DNA from: Candidatus Hydrogenedentota bacterium
Lineage (GTDB): Bacteria; Hydrogenedentota; Hydrogenedentia; Hydrogenedentales; JAEUWI01
Direction of reading: 5' to 3'
Assembly: GCA_034669905.1 (NCBI GenBank)
Contig: JAXMOL010000021.1
Location: 32,001 to 96,000 of the forward strand
Length of the DNA: 64,000 nt
In this document: positions 21,883-32,508 of the stretch, one piece after another
How the letters are laid out: the number at the start of each line of letters is the position of its first letter
Numbering within the stretch: the stretch's first letter is position 1
Notes under the pieces: generated by a model
What the model saw: the letters and a program-made list of their open reading frames with translations, nothing else
Told to the model about the DNA's origin: nothing
The model's database searches: none
Position numbers and translations under genes: made by a program

Positions 21883-22950
21883 TCAGTCGCTTGGGTTCAG
21901 CCACGGGCAGGATTCTAGAAACTGCACGTCCTCAGGCTTCAGGCGGCTCAGCGTCAGTTCACAGGCCAGGTGCTGGAGCCATTTGCCGCCTTTTCGGCGG
22001 TCCAGGAAGGCGTAGTAGTCCCCGTTGGTGATGACCACGATGGGTGCGTCCTTTTCCTGGGCGTAGGCGTAGGCCTGTCGGCGGACGTTGGTTTGCCGGT
22101 AGGAGAGGTTGGGGTCGCCCTTGACGATGGTAACGATGGACTGCGTGCCGTCCCGGTCGCTCGTGATATCGATGCCACCGGCCCGGTAGCGGATTTCGTT
22201 GGCGTTATTGAAGCCCAGGGCTTCGTAGAATTTTCCGGCCAGGAGCGTATGGTCTCGTATTTTCCGTTCGTGCGGGAGAAAGGGCTTTTGCACCGCTTCA
22301 ATGACCGAGGCGAGCCGGTCCGGGCACTCCCCGGGCTCAACCGCGCGAAGTGTTTGGGAGGTCTGTGGTGTCCGGTCGGGGGGGCTATCCTTCGCGGCCT
22401 CAGCAAGGGGCGCGACAGGGGTTGGCGATTGCACTGCGTCTAGAAAGGCGTCCAGACTTCCGAATTGGTCGTGAATGCCGCGCAGCTTGTCCTCCGCCAC
22501 ACGTTTCAGGCTGATTAGCCGGCCCTCGGGCACATAACCCATGGCGGCGAACAATTTTTCCTTGTCGATGCGGACCCGTTCGATGGCTCTAAAGAAAAGG
22601 ACAAAATGCCACAGTTCCCCGTCTGGCCAGACCTCACGGCCGAAATCACGGGAGGGTCGTTTGCAGACCAGCTGGGCGCGGTAATCGAAGGGCGCGGAAG
22701 GAGAGGAGTCGTTGCGCCGAAACAGAATGATATCGCCCTCTTCCATCTTTTCGTAGAGAGACGGTACGCTCCGTTCGTCCCGTCGGATGATGGCCCAACA
22801 AAAGACGCCCTCCGGGTTACCCAATCGCGAGCGCAGTGCTTCGTGGTATTTCGGCCCGAAATGTTCTTTGACCAGTTCCATGGGTACGGGCTTTTCGATG
22901 GAGGCCGCCAGATCTTCCATCGTTGCCGGGCATAAGTAAAGGGCTTGCAT
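21883..22950 (-). CDS. Putative PUA/EVE-like reader fused to HsdR_N-like (PD-(D/E)XK-type) domain
   Basis: N-terminal CW...MEEGDIILF...VW...WHFVLFF; Pro-rich linker; C-terminal ALGF, IDI, QAYAYA, VITNGDYY; AGGAG RBS. Confidence 0.55.
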   Translation of the reverse strand: MQALYLCPATMEDLAASIEKPVPMELVKEHFGPKYHEALRSRLGNPEGVFCWAIIRRDERSVPSLYEKMEEGDIILFRRNDSSPSAPFDYRAQLVCKRPSRDFGREVWPDGELWHFVLFFRAIERVRIDKEKLFAAMGYVPEGRLISLKRVAEDKLRGIHDQFGSLDAFLDAVQSPTPVAPLAEAAKDSPPDRTPQTSQTLRAVEPGECPDRLASVIEAVQKPFLPHERKIRDHTLLAGKFYEALGFNNANEIRYRAGGIDITSDRDGTQSIVTIVKGDPNLSYRQTNVRRQAYAYAQEKDAPIVVITNGDYYAFLDRRKGGKWLQHLACELTLSRLKPEDVQFLESCPWLNPSD

Positions 22951-23129
22951 TGCGCTTGTCTCCTACGGTTGCGAATAGTCTCGCCAGTGCGGCCCCGCGC
23001 ATCCTGTATCAAATGGCCCATCTTGCGGGCATGCTTTATTGTTCCCCCAATGGAGGGATGGTCGTGCTGTTGCTGCGTGCCGTTCTGATGCGACGTGCCG
23101 AAGGTCCATGGGGGAGGGCCAAAGACAAA

Positions 23130-23160
23130 AAATCCTCTTCCGCAGAGCAGAAGAGGATTT
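23130..23160 (-). terminator. Terminator downstream of tRNA-Pro
   Basis: AAATCCTCTTC...GAAGAGGATTT hairpin with T-tract on the minus strand. Confidence 0.7.
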
Positions 23161-23176
23161 GGGGGCGACACATAAA

Positions 23177-23256
<80 letters not shown>

Positions 23257-23271
23257 ACCGAAATTGGTCAG

Positions 23272-23619
23272 TTATTCTTCGGGATCAAGCAAGGCCAACA
23301 TGGACCGTACTTCGCTTTCGATGCGGTCAACGAGGTCTATCGCTTCGCGTCGTGTTCGGGGTCTGCCGTCGCCGTGGAGCTCTTGTGCGATGCGAATCTT
23401 GACGCCGTCGAGGCCCATTTTTTCATGGCGCACGAGGTGCTTGATTCGGCGAACAATCTCCACATCTTTTTCAAGATAGTAGCGTCGGTTTGCCCGATCC
23501 CGTCTGGGTTTCAACTGTGGTATTTTCTCTTCCCACTGCCGTAGCAGGTGGACGGCGACGCCCGTCATTTCACTGACTTCGCTAATGCGAAGGCGTCGCT
23601 CCGAAGGAGGCGTAATCAT
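23272..23619 (-). CDS. MerR family HTH regulator
   Basis: ISEVSEMTGV..HLLRQWE, LKPRR..NRRYY; merR-tRNA-Pro(GGG) adjacency is a widespread arrangement. Confidence 0.9.
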   Translation of the reverse strand: MITPPSERRLRISEVSEMTGVAVHLLRQWEEKIPQLKPRRDRANRRYYLEKDVEIVRRIKHLVRHEKMGLDGVKIRIAQELHGDGRPRTRREAIDLVDRIESEVRSMLALLDPEE

Positions 23620-23693
23620 ATAAAAGTCCTGTGTATGAAATCAAGCATACGGACCATTATTTTATCGATTTCACCGTTTTTTTTTCTCATTGC

Positions 23694-25304
23694 TCAGTCC
23701 AGGGGCGTTCCATCTTGAGTCCATACGGTCAGGTTGGTCAGATCACGCTCTTTCTTCTTCGGGATGAATAACGCTGCGATGAACCCAACGACAAACATGA
23801 TGACGTGTCCCAGGATGCCGGAGTAGTACAGTTCCAGGGGGAAGAGCTCTTCAGGAATGAAGCCCATCCGGGTCAGGGAACAGACGAGGTTAAAGACAAT
23901 CGTGCAGCCGATGCCGACGGCAATGGCGCGGCCATCGCCGAGCTTGGTGAAGAAGCCGAGCATGAACAGACCGAGCAGTCCCGCCGCCGCGAGGGCGGAA
24001 AGGGTCGTGGAGGTATCGTTCAGGGTCTTGCCTTCAAAATACTTGAAGAGGATGGCTGAAAGAATCATTACCACACCGGCGGCGCTGGCGAAAGCGCGGG
24101 CGGCTTTCAAGTAGTGGGCGTCGTCGGCGTCTTTCTTGATGTGACGGCGATAAATGTCCACGACGCTGACCGTGGAAACCGAGTTGATGCTTGAGTCCAG
24201 GGAGGACATGGCCGCGGCCATGACAGCGGCGATAACGAGGCCCGAGACCCCGGCAGGCAACTCGTGGAATACGTAGAAGGGCAGGATGCCTTCAGCCGCC
24301 CGTTCGCCGATGAGCATTTCGGTGGTGGCCTGGGTGGGGTTGGCCTTATAGAATACGTAGAGCGCCGTGCCCAAGAACATGAAGTAGGCCCAGATCGGGA
24401 TACTTGCGCAGCAGCTGATCCACATGGCCTTCCGCGCATCTCGCGCGGAACGGGATGCGCAGTAGCGCTGCACCAGGTTCTGGTTCGACGCATACTCGAA
24501 AAGCCAGTTTACCAGGCCCACGAGCAGCATCATGGTGCCGGTCTTCCGCCAGAAGGTGACATCCCAGCTCATGGGCATAACGGTGGAGTTCCCCTCCGCA
24601 TCAAAATTGACCTCGGAAAACAGGAACTTTTTGTCCTCCAGACCTACCCGAATGATTTCTCCAAAACCACCATCCAGATGGTAGACAATGAATCCAAGGC
24701 AGATGAATCCACCAAATATAAGGACAATGGTCTGGGCCACGTCGGTCCACACCACGGCCTCAATACCGCCGAGGACGGTGTAGATAGCGACGAAGAGCCC
24801 CCCAATGACGATACAGAGATAGGGGTTGAAACCGGTCAACTCGGCTACCAGCACGGAGAGGAGGTAGAGGATCATGCCCAGCCGAATGACCTGGGTAATC
24901 AGGAAGGCGATGGCCGCGTAAAGTCGGGTTCCCGGTCCAAACCGACCTTCGAGGTATTCATAGGCTGATGTGACTCGGCCGCGTCGGAAAAAGGGCAGGA
25001 AAAAGTAGGAGGCAAACAGCACACCGATGGGCAGGGTGAAGGTAAAGAGGAGCCGGAGATAGGCGGTCTTGTAGGAGTCCGCCGGATAGGCCAGGAAGGA
25101 TACGGAGCTGATAGAGGTGCCGACCATGGAAAGTCCAATGGCCCAGGCGGGGAAGTTCCGGCCGCCTAGAAAGTAGTCCTCCGTATTCTTATTCTTCTTC
25201 TTGGCGAAATAGATACCAGCGACCGTGATGGCACCGAAATAGGCAAAGATCACGACCAGGTCGAGGATCCGATCCCCCCAAGTCATTACCTGCGCTTCAT
25301 CCAT
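23694..25304 (-). CDS. Sodium:solute symporter (SSS, SiaT-like)
   Basis: EDYFLGGR, TSISSVSF, SAYEYLEGRFG, GGIEAVVWTD, QNLVQRY, AAAMSSLDSSINS. Confidence 0.93.
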   Translation of the reverse strand: MDEAQVMTWGDRILDLVVIFAYFGAITVAGIYFAKKKNKNTEDYFLGGRNFPAWAIGLSMVGTSISSVSFLAYPADSYKTAYLRLLFTFTLPIGVLFASYFFLPFFRRGRVTSAYEYLEGRFGPGTRLYAAIAFLITQVIRLGMILYLLSVLVAELTGFNPYLCIVIGGLFVAIYTVLGGIEAVVWTDVAQTIVLIFGGFICLGFIVYHLDGGFGEIIRVGLEDKKFLFSEVNFDAEGNSTVMPMSWDVTFWRKTGTMMLLVGLVNWLFEYASNQNLVQRYCASRSARDARKAMWISCCASIPIWAYFMFLGTALYVFYKANPTQATTEMLIGERAAEGILPFYVFHELPAGVSGLVIAAVMAAAMSSLDSSINSVSTVSVVDIYRRHIKKDADDAHYLKAARAFASAAGVVMILSAILFKYFEGKTLNDTSTTLSALAAAGLLGLFMLGFFTKLGDGRAIAVGIGCTIVFNLVCSLTRMGFIPEELFPLELYYSGILGHVIMFVVGFIAALFIPKKKERDLTNLTVWTQDGTPLD

Positions 25305-25454
25305 AACTCTCTCCCAATGGTTTCCGTTTCTGGTGCCGAACAGTTTCAGCCTTGCAGTAGGGCTCTAAGAATGCCGGTTGAGCAATGACATCGGTCACTG
25401 TTCAACACGTTAGCCAACCCGGAGTATCTCAAACACGCGGATGTATCAACGGTA

Positions 25455-27035
25455 TTAGTCGACAGGCTCTCCGTCCTGCGTCCACACCGTAAGATTCTCC
25501 AGATCATCCCGTTTTCCGGGCAGGAAACAACCCACCGCGTAACCAACGAAGAACATGATCAGGTGGCCGAAAAGGCCCGTATAATAATTGTGGTTCAGCG
25601 ACATGCTGTCGGGCAAGACACCCAGTCCGATGAACGTCATATAAAGGGTGTATCCGGCTGCGAAGAGGATGGCGACGAGGATACTCCGGTCATCACCGAC
25701 ACGGGTGAAGAATCCGAGGGCGAAGAGACCGAGCAGCCCACCTGAGGTAAGAGCGGTCAATACGGTTGCCACGTCGAGCAGGGTCTTGCTTTCATAGCGG
25801 TACAACACCACCGCACCTACGATCATGATAACCGCCATGAAGATACCGACGCCCTTGGCAAAGAGCACGTAGTGCTTGTCAGACTTATCTTTGGCCACAT
25901 GCCGGCGGTAGACGTCCACCAGTGAGACGGCTGACACGGCGCTGATACTGGAGGAAAGGCTCGACATGGCCGCCGAAAGGACACCGGCGATTACCAGCCC
26001 GGTCAGCCCCATGGGTAATTGCATGGTCACAAAGAGGGGCAGGATGCCTTCCGACTTTTGCTCGCCACTCAACATCGCCTGGGCGTCTGGGTTCGGGAAC
26101 TCCTGATAAAATACATAGAACGCCGTTCCCAGAAACATGAACATCGCCCAGGTGGGGACGCTGAAACAGGTGCACACCCACATGGCGATTCGGGCCTGCT
26201 TCGTACTCTTGGAGGCGGCGTAGCGCTGAACTACGTTCTGGTTCGCACTGTATTCCATGAGCCAATTGCCCAACCCGACAATCAGCAGCAGCCAGATGAC
26301 CTTTTCATCGATGCCGCCCCAGAAGGGTACGGGGGACATGGTCGTGTCCGTGGGCTGAAGGAAGTCGTAGAGCCCGAACTTGTTGTTCGCCGAACCTACC
26401 TCAATAATCTGGCCCAGTCCGCCGGGCAACTTAAACATGATCACGACCAGACAAATCAGCGCGCCGCCCCACAACACGATGGCCTGGATGAAGTCGGTCC
26501 AGATTACGGCACGAATGCCCCCCAATACGGTGTAGAAAGAGGTAATTATCCCACCAGCCAGGATGGCGACATAGGGATCGATGCCGGTAATGGTTGCCAG
26601 GAGGACCGATACGAGGTAGAGGATCATGCTGACCCGAACGACCTGCATGATAATAAAGGCGATGGCGGCGTACATGCGCGTGATGGGGCCAAAACGGGTT
26701 TCCAGGTATTCATAGGCCGAAGTTACCCGGGCCCGCCGGAAAAAGGGCAGGAAAAACAGGGCCGCGATGAGGATGGCGATGGGCATGCTGTAGTTGGGGA
26801 TCATCCGGTACCAGGCGGTCTTGAAGGAGTCACCGGGATAGCCCAGAAAGGCGATGGAACTGATAGAGGTGGCAAACATGGAGAAGCCGATGAGCCAGCC
26901 TGGAAAGGAACGATCCCCGAGGAGGTAGCCTTCCGTGGTCTTTCCCTTGCTGGCGAATAAGGGGCCCAGGGCCGCCATGCCGCCGAAATACAGCACAAGG
27001 ACTATAATATCAAACCAAGTAAAATGTTCTGCCAT
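25455..27035 (-). CDS. Sodium:solute symporter (SSS), tandem paralog
   Basis: SAYEYLETRFG, GGIRAVIWTD, QNVVQRY, SAAMSSLSS. Confidence 0.93.
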   Translation of the reverse strand: MAEHFTWFDIIVLVLYFGGMAALGPLFASKGKTTEGYLLGDRSFPGWLIGFSMFATSISSIAFLGYPGDSFKTAWYRMIPNYSMPIAILIAALFFLPFFRRARVTSAYEYLETRFGPITRMYAAIAFIIMQVVRVSMILYLVSVLLATITGIDPYVAILAGGIITSFYTVLGGIRAVIWTDFIQAIVLWGGALICLVVIMFKLPGGLGQIIEVGSANNKFGLYDFLQPTDTTMSPVPFWGGIDEKVIWLLLIVGLGNWLMEYSANQNVVQRYAASKSTKQARIAMWVCTCFSVPTWAMFMFLGTAFYVFYQEFPNPDAQAMLSGEQKSEGILPLFVTMQLPMGLTGLVIAGVLSAAMSSLSSSISAVSAVSLVDVYRRHVAKDKSDKHYVLFAKGVGIFMAVIMIVGAVVLYRYESKTLLDVATVLTALTSGGLLGLFALGFFTRVGDDRSILVAILFAAGYTLYMTFIGLGVLPDSMSLNHNYYTGLFGHLIMFFVGYAVGCFLPGKRDDLENLTVWTQDGEPVD

Positions 27036-27284
27036 TTCTGAACCCTCTCTCCATGAATCAATAAAATGCAGGATAGCATCGTAGCAGCAGGACATGTTTG
27101 GATCAAGTTAGCGCGGCGCTGTAGACATTTGATCGAAATTGAAGGGGCATTCGGTGGTTTGGCCCCCACCAACCCGATAAACCGCGGCCTTCGTCGGGCC
27201 AATTTTGCGGAATACGGAAGCCAGGGCGATAGAATTTAATCGCCGTCAGATGCCAGGAGGGCCATGGCCCCGGTTCATTCGCGA

Positions 27285-27686
27285 TTATTCCGGAGACGGT
27301 GAGAGGCGCGCATCAATGGGGAGCTCCATGGCGGGCGCGGTTACGGGTTTAGAGGGGAGCGGGGGCGCCGTTTGCGGGGCGGGGTGCCCGTAGTTGGCGG
27401 CAAGGATGAGCCCCACACATCCCAGGAAAAGCAATCCGGCCAAGGCCACGGGAAGGCGACACGCCCAGCGTGCCAGGGTCTTGCGCTCAAAGTGCCGTCC
27501 CAGCCACCAGATGACGAGGGCCAGGAAGCCTGCGAGGATCTGCCATCCAAAGAAGGAGGTGACCCGATTGAGCCCCCGGGTAAACCCATCGCCGGTCGCT
27601 TCCGTTAGAAAGAGGGAAGCGAAGGACCATAAATAGATGAGGAGCCAGAGCGACAGGAGAATCCAGGCGAGTTTACGAAAGTTCAT
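27285..27686 (-). CDS. Small three-TM hypothetical membrane protein
   Basis: Hydrophobic helices; ATGDGFTRGLNR loop; Pro-rich tail. Confidence 0.75.
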   Translation of the reverse strand: MNFRKLAWILLSLWLLIYLWSFASLFLTEATGDGFTRGLNRVTSFFGWQILAGFLALVIWWLGRHFERKTLARWACRLPVALAGLLFLGCVGLILAANYGHPAPQTAPPLPSKPVTAPAMELPIDARLSPSPE

Positions 27687-27716
27687 GAAGGGTTGACTCC
27701 TGGAGTAATCCTTTGC

Positions 27717-28931
27717 CTACTTTTCCCAGATGACACGGGCGAGATAGGTCGCGCCGGTGGCGGGTCCCTTGCGTGCGGCTTCGGTAAATATCCCTTCCGA
27801 CACGGTGACCCACGATTCGTTGGGGCCGACAGACGTTACGCCAAAGTTTCCGAGTCCCGCGCTGCGTTCGGGAACGAGAATTTTCTCGGTAGCACGCATG
27901 ACCTGCAAGGAGTGGGGATTGACCTGGGCGATGAAAAGGGGCGCACGGCTGCGAAAGATGTGGTCATTGTCGGCGCCCCGCCGGGTATAGCAGAGAAAGA
28001 GGCCGCCCGCAGGCGCCACCGCCCAATGCTGCTGCGTATTGTAGCTGCCCAGTTCTTCGCCATCGTCGAAGGTCCACGGTTGGATGGGTTCATAATGCAG
28101 CCCGTCTTTACTGGTGGTGACATAGGCACGCTCATCATTACGAATGGTTAGATAGTAGGTTTCGCCCAGTTTTACCAGGGAAGGCTCCACCAGCCCCCGC
28201 ACCAGGTCAAGCTCCATTTCGGTGCCATGGCGCAGGTAGCTAAGTTTCTTGCCGTCGAAGGCAAATTGAGCCACCGTGACGGAATGGGGTACCTGCTCGG
28301 AGGTGGCATAGTAAAAGGGCAGCAGCACCGTGCCGTCTTCATGGGTGATCCATTGGGCGCAGGCCGAACGGGCCACGTCGAATTTGTCGTCCGCGGGCAT
28401 TTCCACCCGCTGCAGGGGTGTCCACTGCTTAGACTTGGGGTCATACACGGTGTAGGTCGTCTGATGGGCCCGTTTCACATCCGCCAGTTGCAATCCCTCC
28501 GGCGAATACCGCACCTCGGCGCCCACGTTGAGCACGGTGCCGGTGGGGGCGTGCCAGCCGGGCGTCATGTCCGCCGGGGAGGTATTCACGCCCTTCTCGT
28601 CTTTAACCCAGGCCAATTCCTCGGGAGTCACCGTTTCCGACCAGGTCTTGCCGCCGTCATACGTGGTCTTGTAGCTGAGGCCCGAGTAGTAGTCGGAAAC
28701 GAAGAGGTGTTTCTGAAAGGTCATGATGGCCGCCAATTGGCCATCATGCCCCTGCCCGGGCAATTCCGAGGCACGTGGATGGAACCAGAGGTAGTCGCCC
28801 CCGTTGTATTCCATGATGGTGCTGAGTTCTATGGAAAAGGGAATGACAGGCACCTCGTCAGCGGCTTGGACGGAAAGCCCAGCCACGAGGAGCGCTGTGG
28901 TGCCGAGAAGACAATGAAGAATTGTACGCAT
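27717..28931 (-). CDS. Secreted sialidase-fold (BNR) protein
   Basis: Signal peptide; TYDGGKTW and SKDGLHY boxes, RGLVEPSL, SYNTQQHW; no FRIP motif. Confidence 0.75.
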   Translation of the reverse strand: MRTILHCLLGTTALLVAGLSVQAADEVPVIPFSIELSTIMEYNGGDYLWFHPRASELPGQGHDGQLAAIMTFQKHLFVSDYYSGLSYKTTYDGGKTWSETVTPEELAWVKDEKGVNTSPADMTPGWHAPTGTVLNVGAEVRYSPEGLQLADVKRAHQTTYTVYDPKSKQWTPLQRVEMPADDKFDVARSACAQWITHEDGTVLLPFYYATSEQVPHSVTVAQFAFDGKKLSYLRHGTEMELDLVRGLVEPSLVKLGETYYLTIRNDERAYVTTSKDGLHYEPIQPWTFDDGEELGSYNTQQHWAVAPAGGLFLCYTRRGADNDHIFRSRAPLFIAQVNPHSLQVMRATEKILVPERSAGLGNFGVTSVGPNESWVTVSEGIFTEAARKGPATGATYLARVIWEK

Positions 28932-29155
28932 GGAAATGCCTTTCTGGTAAATCGGATAACCTATCCTAGCACAGGGAGTCTTCGTGATGGAGGCCATAAT
29001 CGCGTATTCGACTTCGTTACAATGTTTTCCCGGTGCCCGGAGTCCTTTAGGTCCTCGCGCCCGGGGTGCTTGTGGCACTCGCGGCCCCTTACCTATAATG
29101 ACGGTTCGTATCAAAATGACGCGGACCAACCCGTTCGCAGCGGAAGGAATCATCT

Positions 29156-30403
29156 ATGAGCAATTTTAAACTGGGAATCATCGGTGCGGGATTCATCTCG
29201 CGTTTTCATGCAAAGGCCATGCAGTTGGTGCGGGGTGTTGAACTCGCGGGCGTCTACTCGCCCAATAGCGGCCCCAAACTCGCCGCGTTGGCCGCCGAAT
29301 TGGGCGTGGGGGAATGCACGGTCTACGACAGCATCGCCGAACTTTGCAACAACGTAGATGCCGTCTGTATCTTCAGCCCCAACTACACGCGGGTGGACAC
29401 GATGGGCGCCGTGGTGGATGCGGTGAAGGCCGGTGCCGCGCTGAAGGGTATCATCATCGAAAAACCCCTGGGTCGCACGGTGGCGGAGGCCCAGACCCTG
29501 GTGGACCTCGCACAAGAAGCGGGCGTTCCCACGGCCTACTTTGAGAATCAGATTCATATGAAGGGTATTCGCGCGGCCCTGGCCCAACTGAAGCCCCAGC
29601 AGGAAAGCATGGGCCCCCTCTCGTTGGCCCGTAGCTCCGAGGAGCATTGCGGGCCCCATGAGCCCTGGTTCTGGGACCCCGTCCGCCAGGGGGGCGGCGT
29701 GTTGAGTGATATGGGCTGTCACAGCATCGCCGTGGGCTGGTATGTCCTCACGCCCTACGGAAAACCCGTAGATTTCCTGAAGCCCATCTCTGTGAGCGCC
29801 GACACAAGCCTCTTGAAATGGGGCACCAGGGAAGGGCGTAAGAATCTAATGGACCGCATGGGTGTCGACTATGCCAAGGCCCCGGCAGAAGATTTCGCCA
29901 CGGGTATTGTGACCTTCGAGAACCCGGAGACCGGTCAGCAATCCAAGGCCCAGTTCACCAACTCCTGGATGTATGACAAGCAGGGCATGCGCCTCTTTAT
30001 GGATGGCATGGGACCGGGCTACGCCTTCGAGTTAAATACCCTTCAGACGCCTCTCCAGGTTTTCGTGGGGGATGAGGCGGCCGACGCGGTGGCCGACGCC
30101 GAAACGGCCCTTGAAAAATCGACGGCCACCCGAGGACTACTCACGGTAGAGCCCAACGAAGCCGACCTCTATGGCTATGTAGATGAAATTGAAGACGCGA
30201 TTCGTTGCTTCTCGGCGGGCCATGATGCGTTTCTGAATTTTGAGTACGGCCTTGAGATTACCCGTCTTTGCCAGGCGGCCTACATGGCGGCGGAACGGGG
30301 CGTGACCCTCGATCTGCGTGATGCCCAGGTACAGGCCGATTTGAAGACCTACACCTCGCTTATTGCGCAGGGGCGTGGCCGCGAAGTATTGCACGTTCAA
30401 TAG
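29156..30403 (+). CDS. Gfo/Idh/MocA family oxidoreductase
   Basis: GIIGAGFI Rossmann motif, EKPL, GGGVLSDMGCH. Confidence 0.92.
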   Translation: MSNFKLGIIGAGFISRFHAKAMQLVRGVELAGVYSPNSGPKLAALAAELGVGECTVYDSIAELCNNVDAVCIFSPNYTRVDTMGAVVDAVKAGAALKGIIIEKPLGRTVAEAQTLVDLAQEAGVPTAYFENQIHMKGIRAALAQLKPQQESMGPLSLARSSEEHCGPHEPWFWDPVRQGGGVLSDMGCHSIAVGWYVLTPYGKPVDFLKPISVSADTSLLKWGTREGRKNLMDRMGVDYAKAPAEDFATGIVTFENPETGQQSKAQFTNSWMYDKQGMRLFMDGMGPGYAFELNTLQTPLQVFVGDEAADAVADAETALEKSTATRGLLTVEPNEADLYGYVDEIEDAIRCFSAGHDAFLNFEYGLEITRLCQAAYMAAERGVTLDLRDAQVQADLKTYTSLIAQGRGREVLHVQ

Positions 30404-30439
30404 TGCCAGCACGGAAACGGAAGGAGACAAGTACCCGTT

Positions 30440-31678
30440 ATGCATCTTTTCCTGGCAGGCGCGCTTTGTGCCATGGCGTTCACCGCAGCACCGCAGTTTT
30501 ATGAAGAGCATGTGTTTCCACCCGAGAAGGTTCACAACCACAGTTCCACGATCGTGGAGACGCCGAATGGCAATCTGCTCGTCGCCTGGTTTCACGGTCG
30601 CGGCGAAAAAACGGATGACACACTGATCCTTCTCGGTGCCCGGAAAGAAAAGGGTTCCTCTCAATGGAGTCGTCCATTCCTATTGGCGGATAACCCCGGG
30701 CTCCCGGATCAGAATCCGGTGTTGTTTATCGATCCCCAGGGGAAGCTCTATCTCTGGTGGATTTCTTCGCTGGCCAATACGCGGGAAAGCTTCCTGCTGC
30801 AATACCGCACGTCCATGGACTACGAGGGACCCGGGGTGCCGGAGTGGGACTGGAATGGAACCATTCTCGAGCAGCCCATAGACCTGGCGGGGACCATGGA
30901 AAAGATGGCAGCCGGTGTGGAGGCCAAATTTGGTGCGCACTTTGACAGCGCGTCAAAATACCGCGAGCGCCTGCAGCACGGCGTCCACATGAGCCAGATT
31001 GACAGCACCTACCTGAGCGAATGGAAGGAGCCGGTCTTCGGCCGCCTCACAGGCATGCTGAGTTGGATGCCCCGTACGCCGCCCATCATGCTGACGGAAA
31101 AGCGGATGGCTATTGGCCTCTACTCGGATCTCTATCTTACTTCCGTGACCGGTTTCACCGAGGACGGCGGTAAAACGTGGGCGTATGGTGCGCCTATGGC
31201 GGACTATGGCCTTATCCAGCCGGCACTCATCGCGCGGAAGGATGGCACGGTGGTGGCCTACGGCAGAGACAAGAGTCCAAACAAAAAAGTAAGGGTGGCC
31301 GAGTCCGACGACGGCGGTGTGCACTGGAATCGATTTTACGATCTCGCTATTCCGAACCCCGATTCCAGCGTCGCGGTACTCAAGCTGGCCGAGGGGGCCT
31401 GGGTCATGATTTGCAATGACCTCGCGGGCACCGATGGACGTCATGGCCGTTCGCGGCTCAGCGCCTACTTGTCGGAGGACGAAGGGAAGACCTGGCCCGT
31501 GCGGCGTGTTATAGAAGACAGCACGAAAGGCCCGACCTACCGTCCCCACGCTTCTTACCCATCCGCAATTCAGACATCCGACGGGCTGATTCAAGTCACC
31601 TACACGTACACGCTGGATTCCGGGGAATGCATAAAGCGCGTCGCCTTTAACGAAGACTGGGTTCGCGCGGGAAAGTAG
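30440..31678 (+). CDS. Secreted BNR_2 sialidase-fold protein
   Basis: HSSTIVETPNG.LLVAWF, NPVLF, SDDGGVHW, SEDEGKTW, SYPSAIQ. Confidence 0.82.
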   Translation: MHLFLAGALCAMAFTAAPQFYEEHVFPPEKVHNHSSTIVETPNGNLLVAWFHGRGEKTDDTLILLGARKEKGSSQWSRPFLLADNPGLPDQNPVLFIDPQGKLYLWWISSLANTRESFLLQYRTSMDYEGPGVPEWDWNGTILEQPIDLAGTMEKMAAGVEAKFGAHFDSASKYRERLQHGVHMSQIDSTYLSEWKEPVFGRLTGMLSWMPRTPPIMLTEKRMAIGLYSDLYLTSVTGFTEDGGKTWAYGAPMADYGLIQPALIARKDGTVVAYGRDKSPNKKVRVAESDDGGVHWNRFYDLAIPNPDSSVAVLKLAEGAWVMICNDLAGTDGRHGRSRLSAYLSEDEGKTWPVRRVIEDSTKGPTYRPHASYPSAIQTSDGLIQVTYTYTLDSGECIKRVAFNEDWVRAGK

Positions 31679-31770
31679 GAACAAGGCCAATCGCGCCGTG
31701 CTATAGTAGAAAAAAGGATGTATCCAGATGGTGGATGGATGTGGGTTTAACGGTCGGATTATGAGCGACA

Positions 31771-32508
31771 ATGAAGCTTGAGTTGAACCGAGAAGAAGTC
31801 GAGGACGCCATTCATCTGGGTGACGTATCGGACCCCTGTCCCTACTTGCCCGGGGAGTCGGCTACCTTTCGTTTCGGGAACGGCTACCTGATTGATGGCC
31901 ACTACCAGGAGCTGCTGGATTGGGGCTATCGCCGCAATGGCCGCTATGTGTACCGGCCCGTGTGCAGCCAGTGCCGGGAGTGTTGGGTGATGCGGGTGCC
32001 GGTGAAGGAATTTCGGCGCAGCAAGTCGCAGCGACGCATTTGGAATAAGGGTAAGCGCATCTTTTCCGTGAAGTGGGGGGCACCGTCTTATACCCCCGAA
32101 AAGGCGGCCCTCTACGCCCGCTACCTGGCCTTTCAGCACGAGACCGAAGAGGCCCCCATGGACCGGGAACGCTACGCCTCGTTCCTGGTGGACAGCTGTC
32201 TGGAATACGCAACGCTTGAATTTCAATACCACATCGGGGACCGCCTTGTTGGCGTTGGCATCGTGGATCGTCTGGAGAATGCCTTGTCGACCGTCTACTT
32301 TTATTTTGAGCCGGATGCGGCGGAGTACAGTCCGGGCACCTGGTCGGCCCTCTTTGAATTGGAGCTCGCGGCGAAGTGGGGGTTGGATCACTATTATCTG
32401 GGCTATTATATCGCTGCCTGTGACGCGATGAACTACAAAGCGCGCTTCCAGCCTGCGGAGATCAAGCAACCGGACGCCACGATCTGGGAACGGGTTGTGC
32501 CGGGATAG
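31771..32508 (+). CDS. ATE1-like arginyl/leucyl-tRNA protein transferase (Bpt family)
   Basis: CPYLPG, GYRRNG..YRP.C..C..C, SQRR, LSTVYFYF, YYLGYYI..C..MNYK. Confidence 0.9.
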   Translation: MKLELNREEVEDAIHLGDVSDPCPYLPGESATFRFGNGYLIDGHYQELLDWGYRRNGRYVYRPVCSQCRECWVMRVPVKEFRRSKSQRRIWNKGKRIFSVKWGAPSYTPEKAALYARYLAFQHETEEAPMDRERYASFLVDSCLEYATLEFQYHIGDRLVGVGIVDRLENALSTVYFYFEPDAAEYSPGTWSALFELELAAKWGLDHYYLGYYIAACDAMNYKARFQPAEIKQPDATIWERVVPG

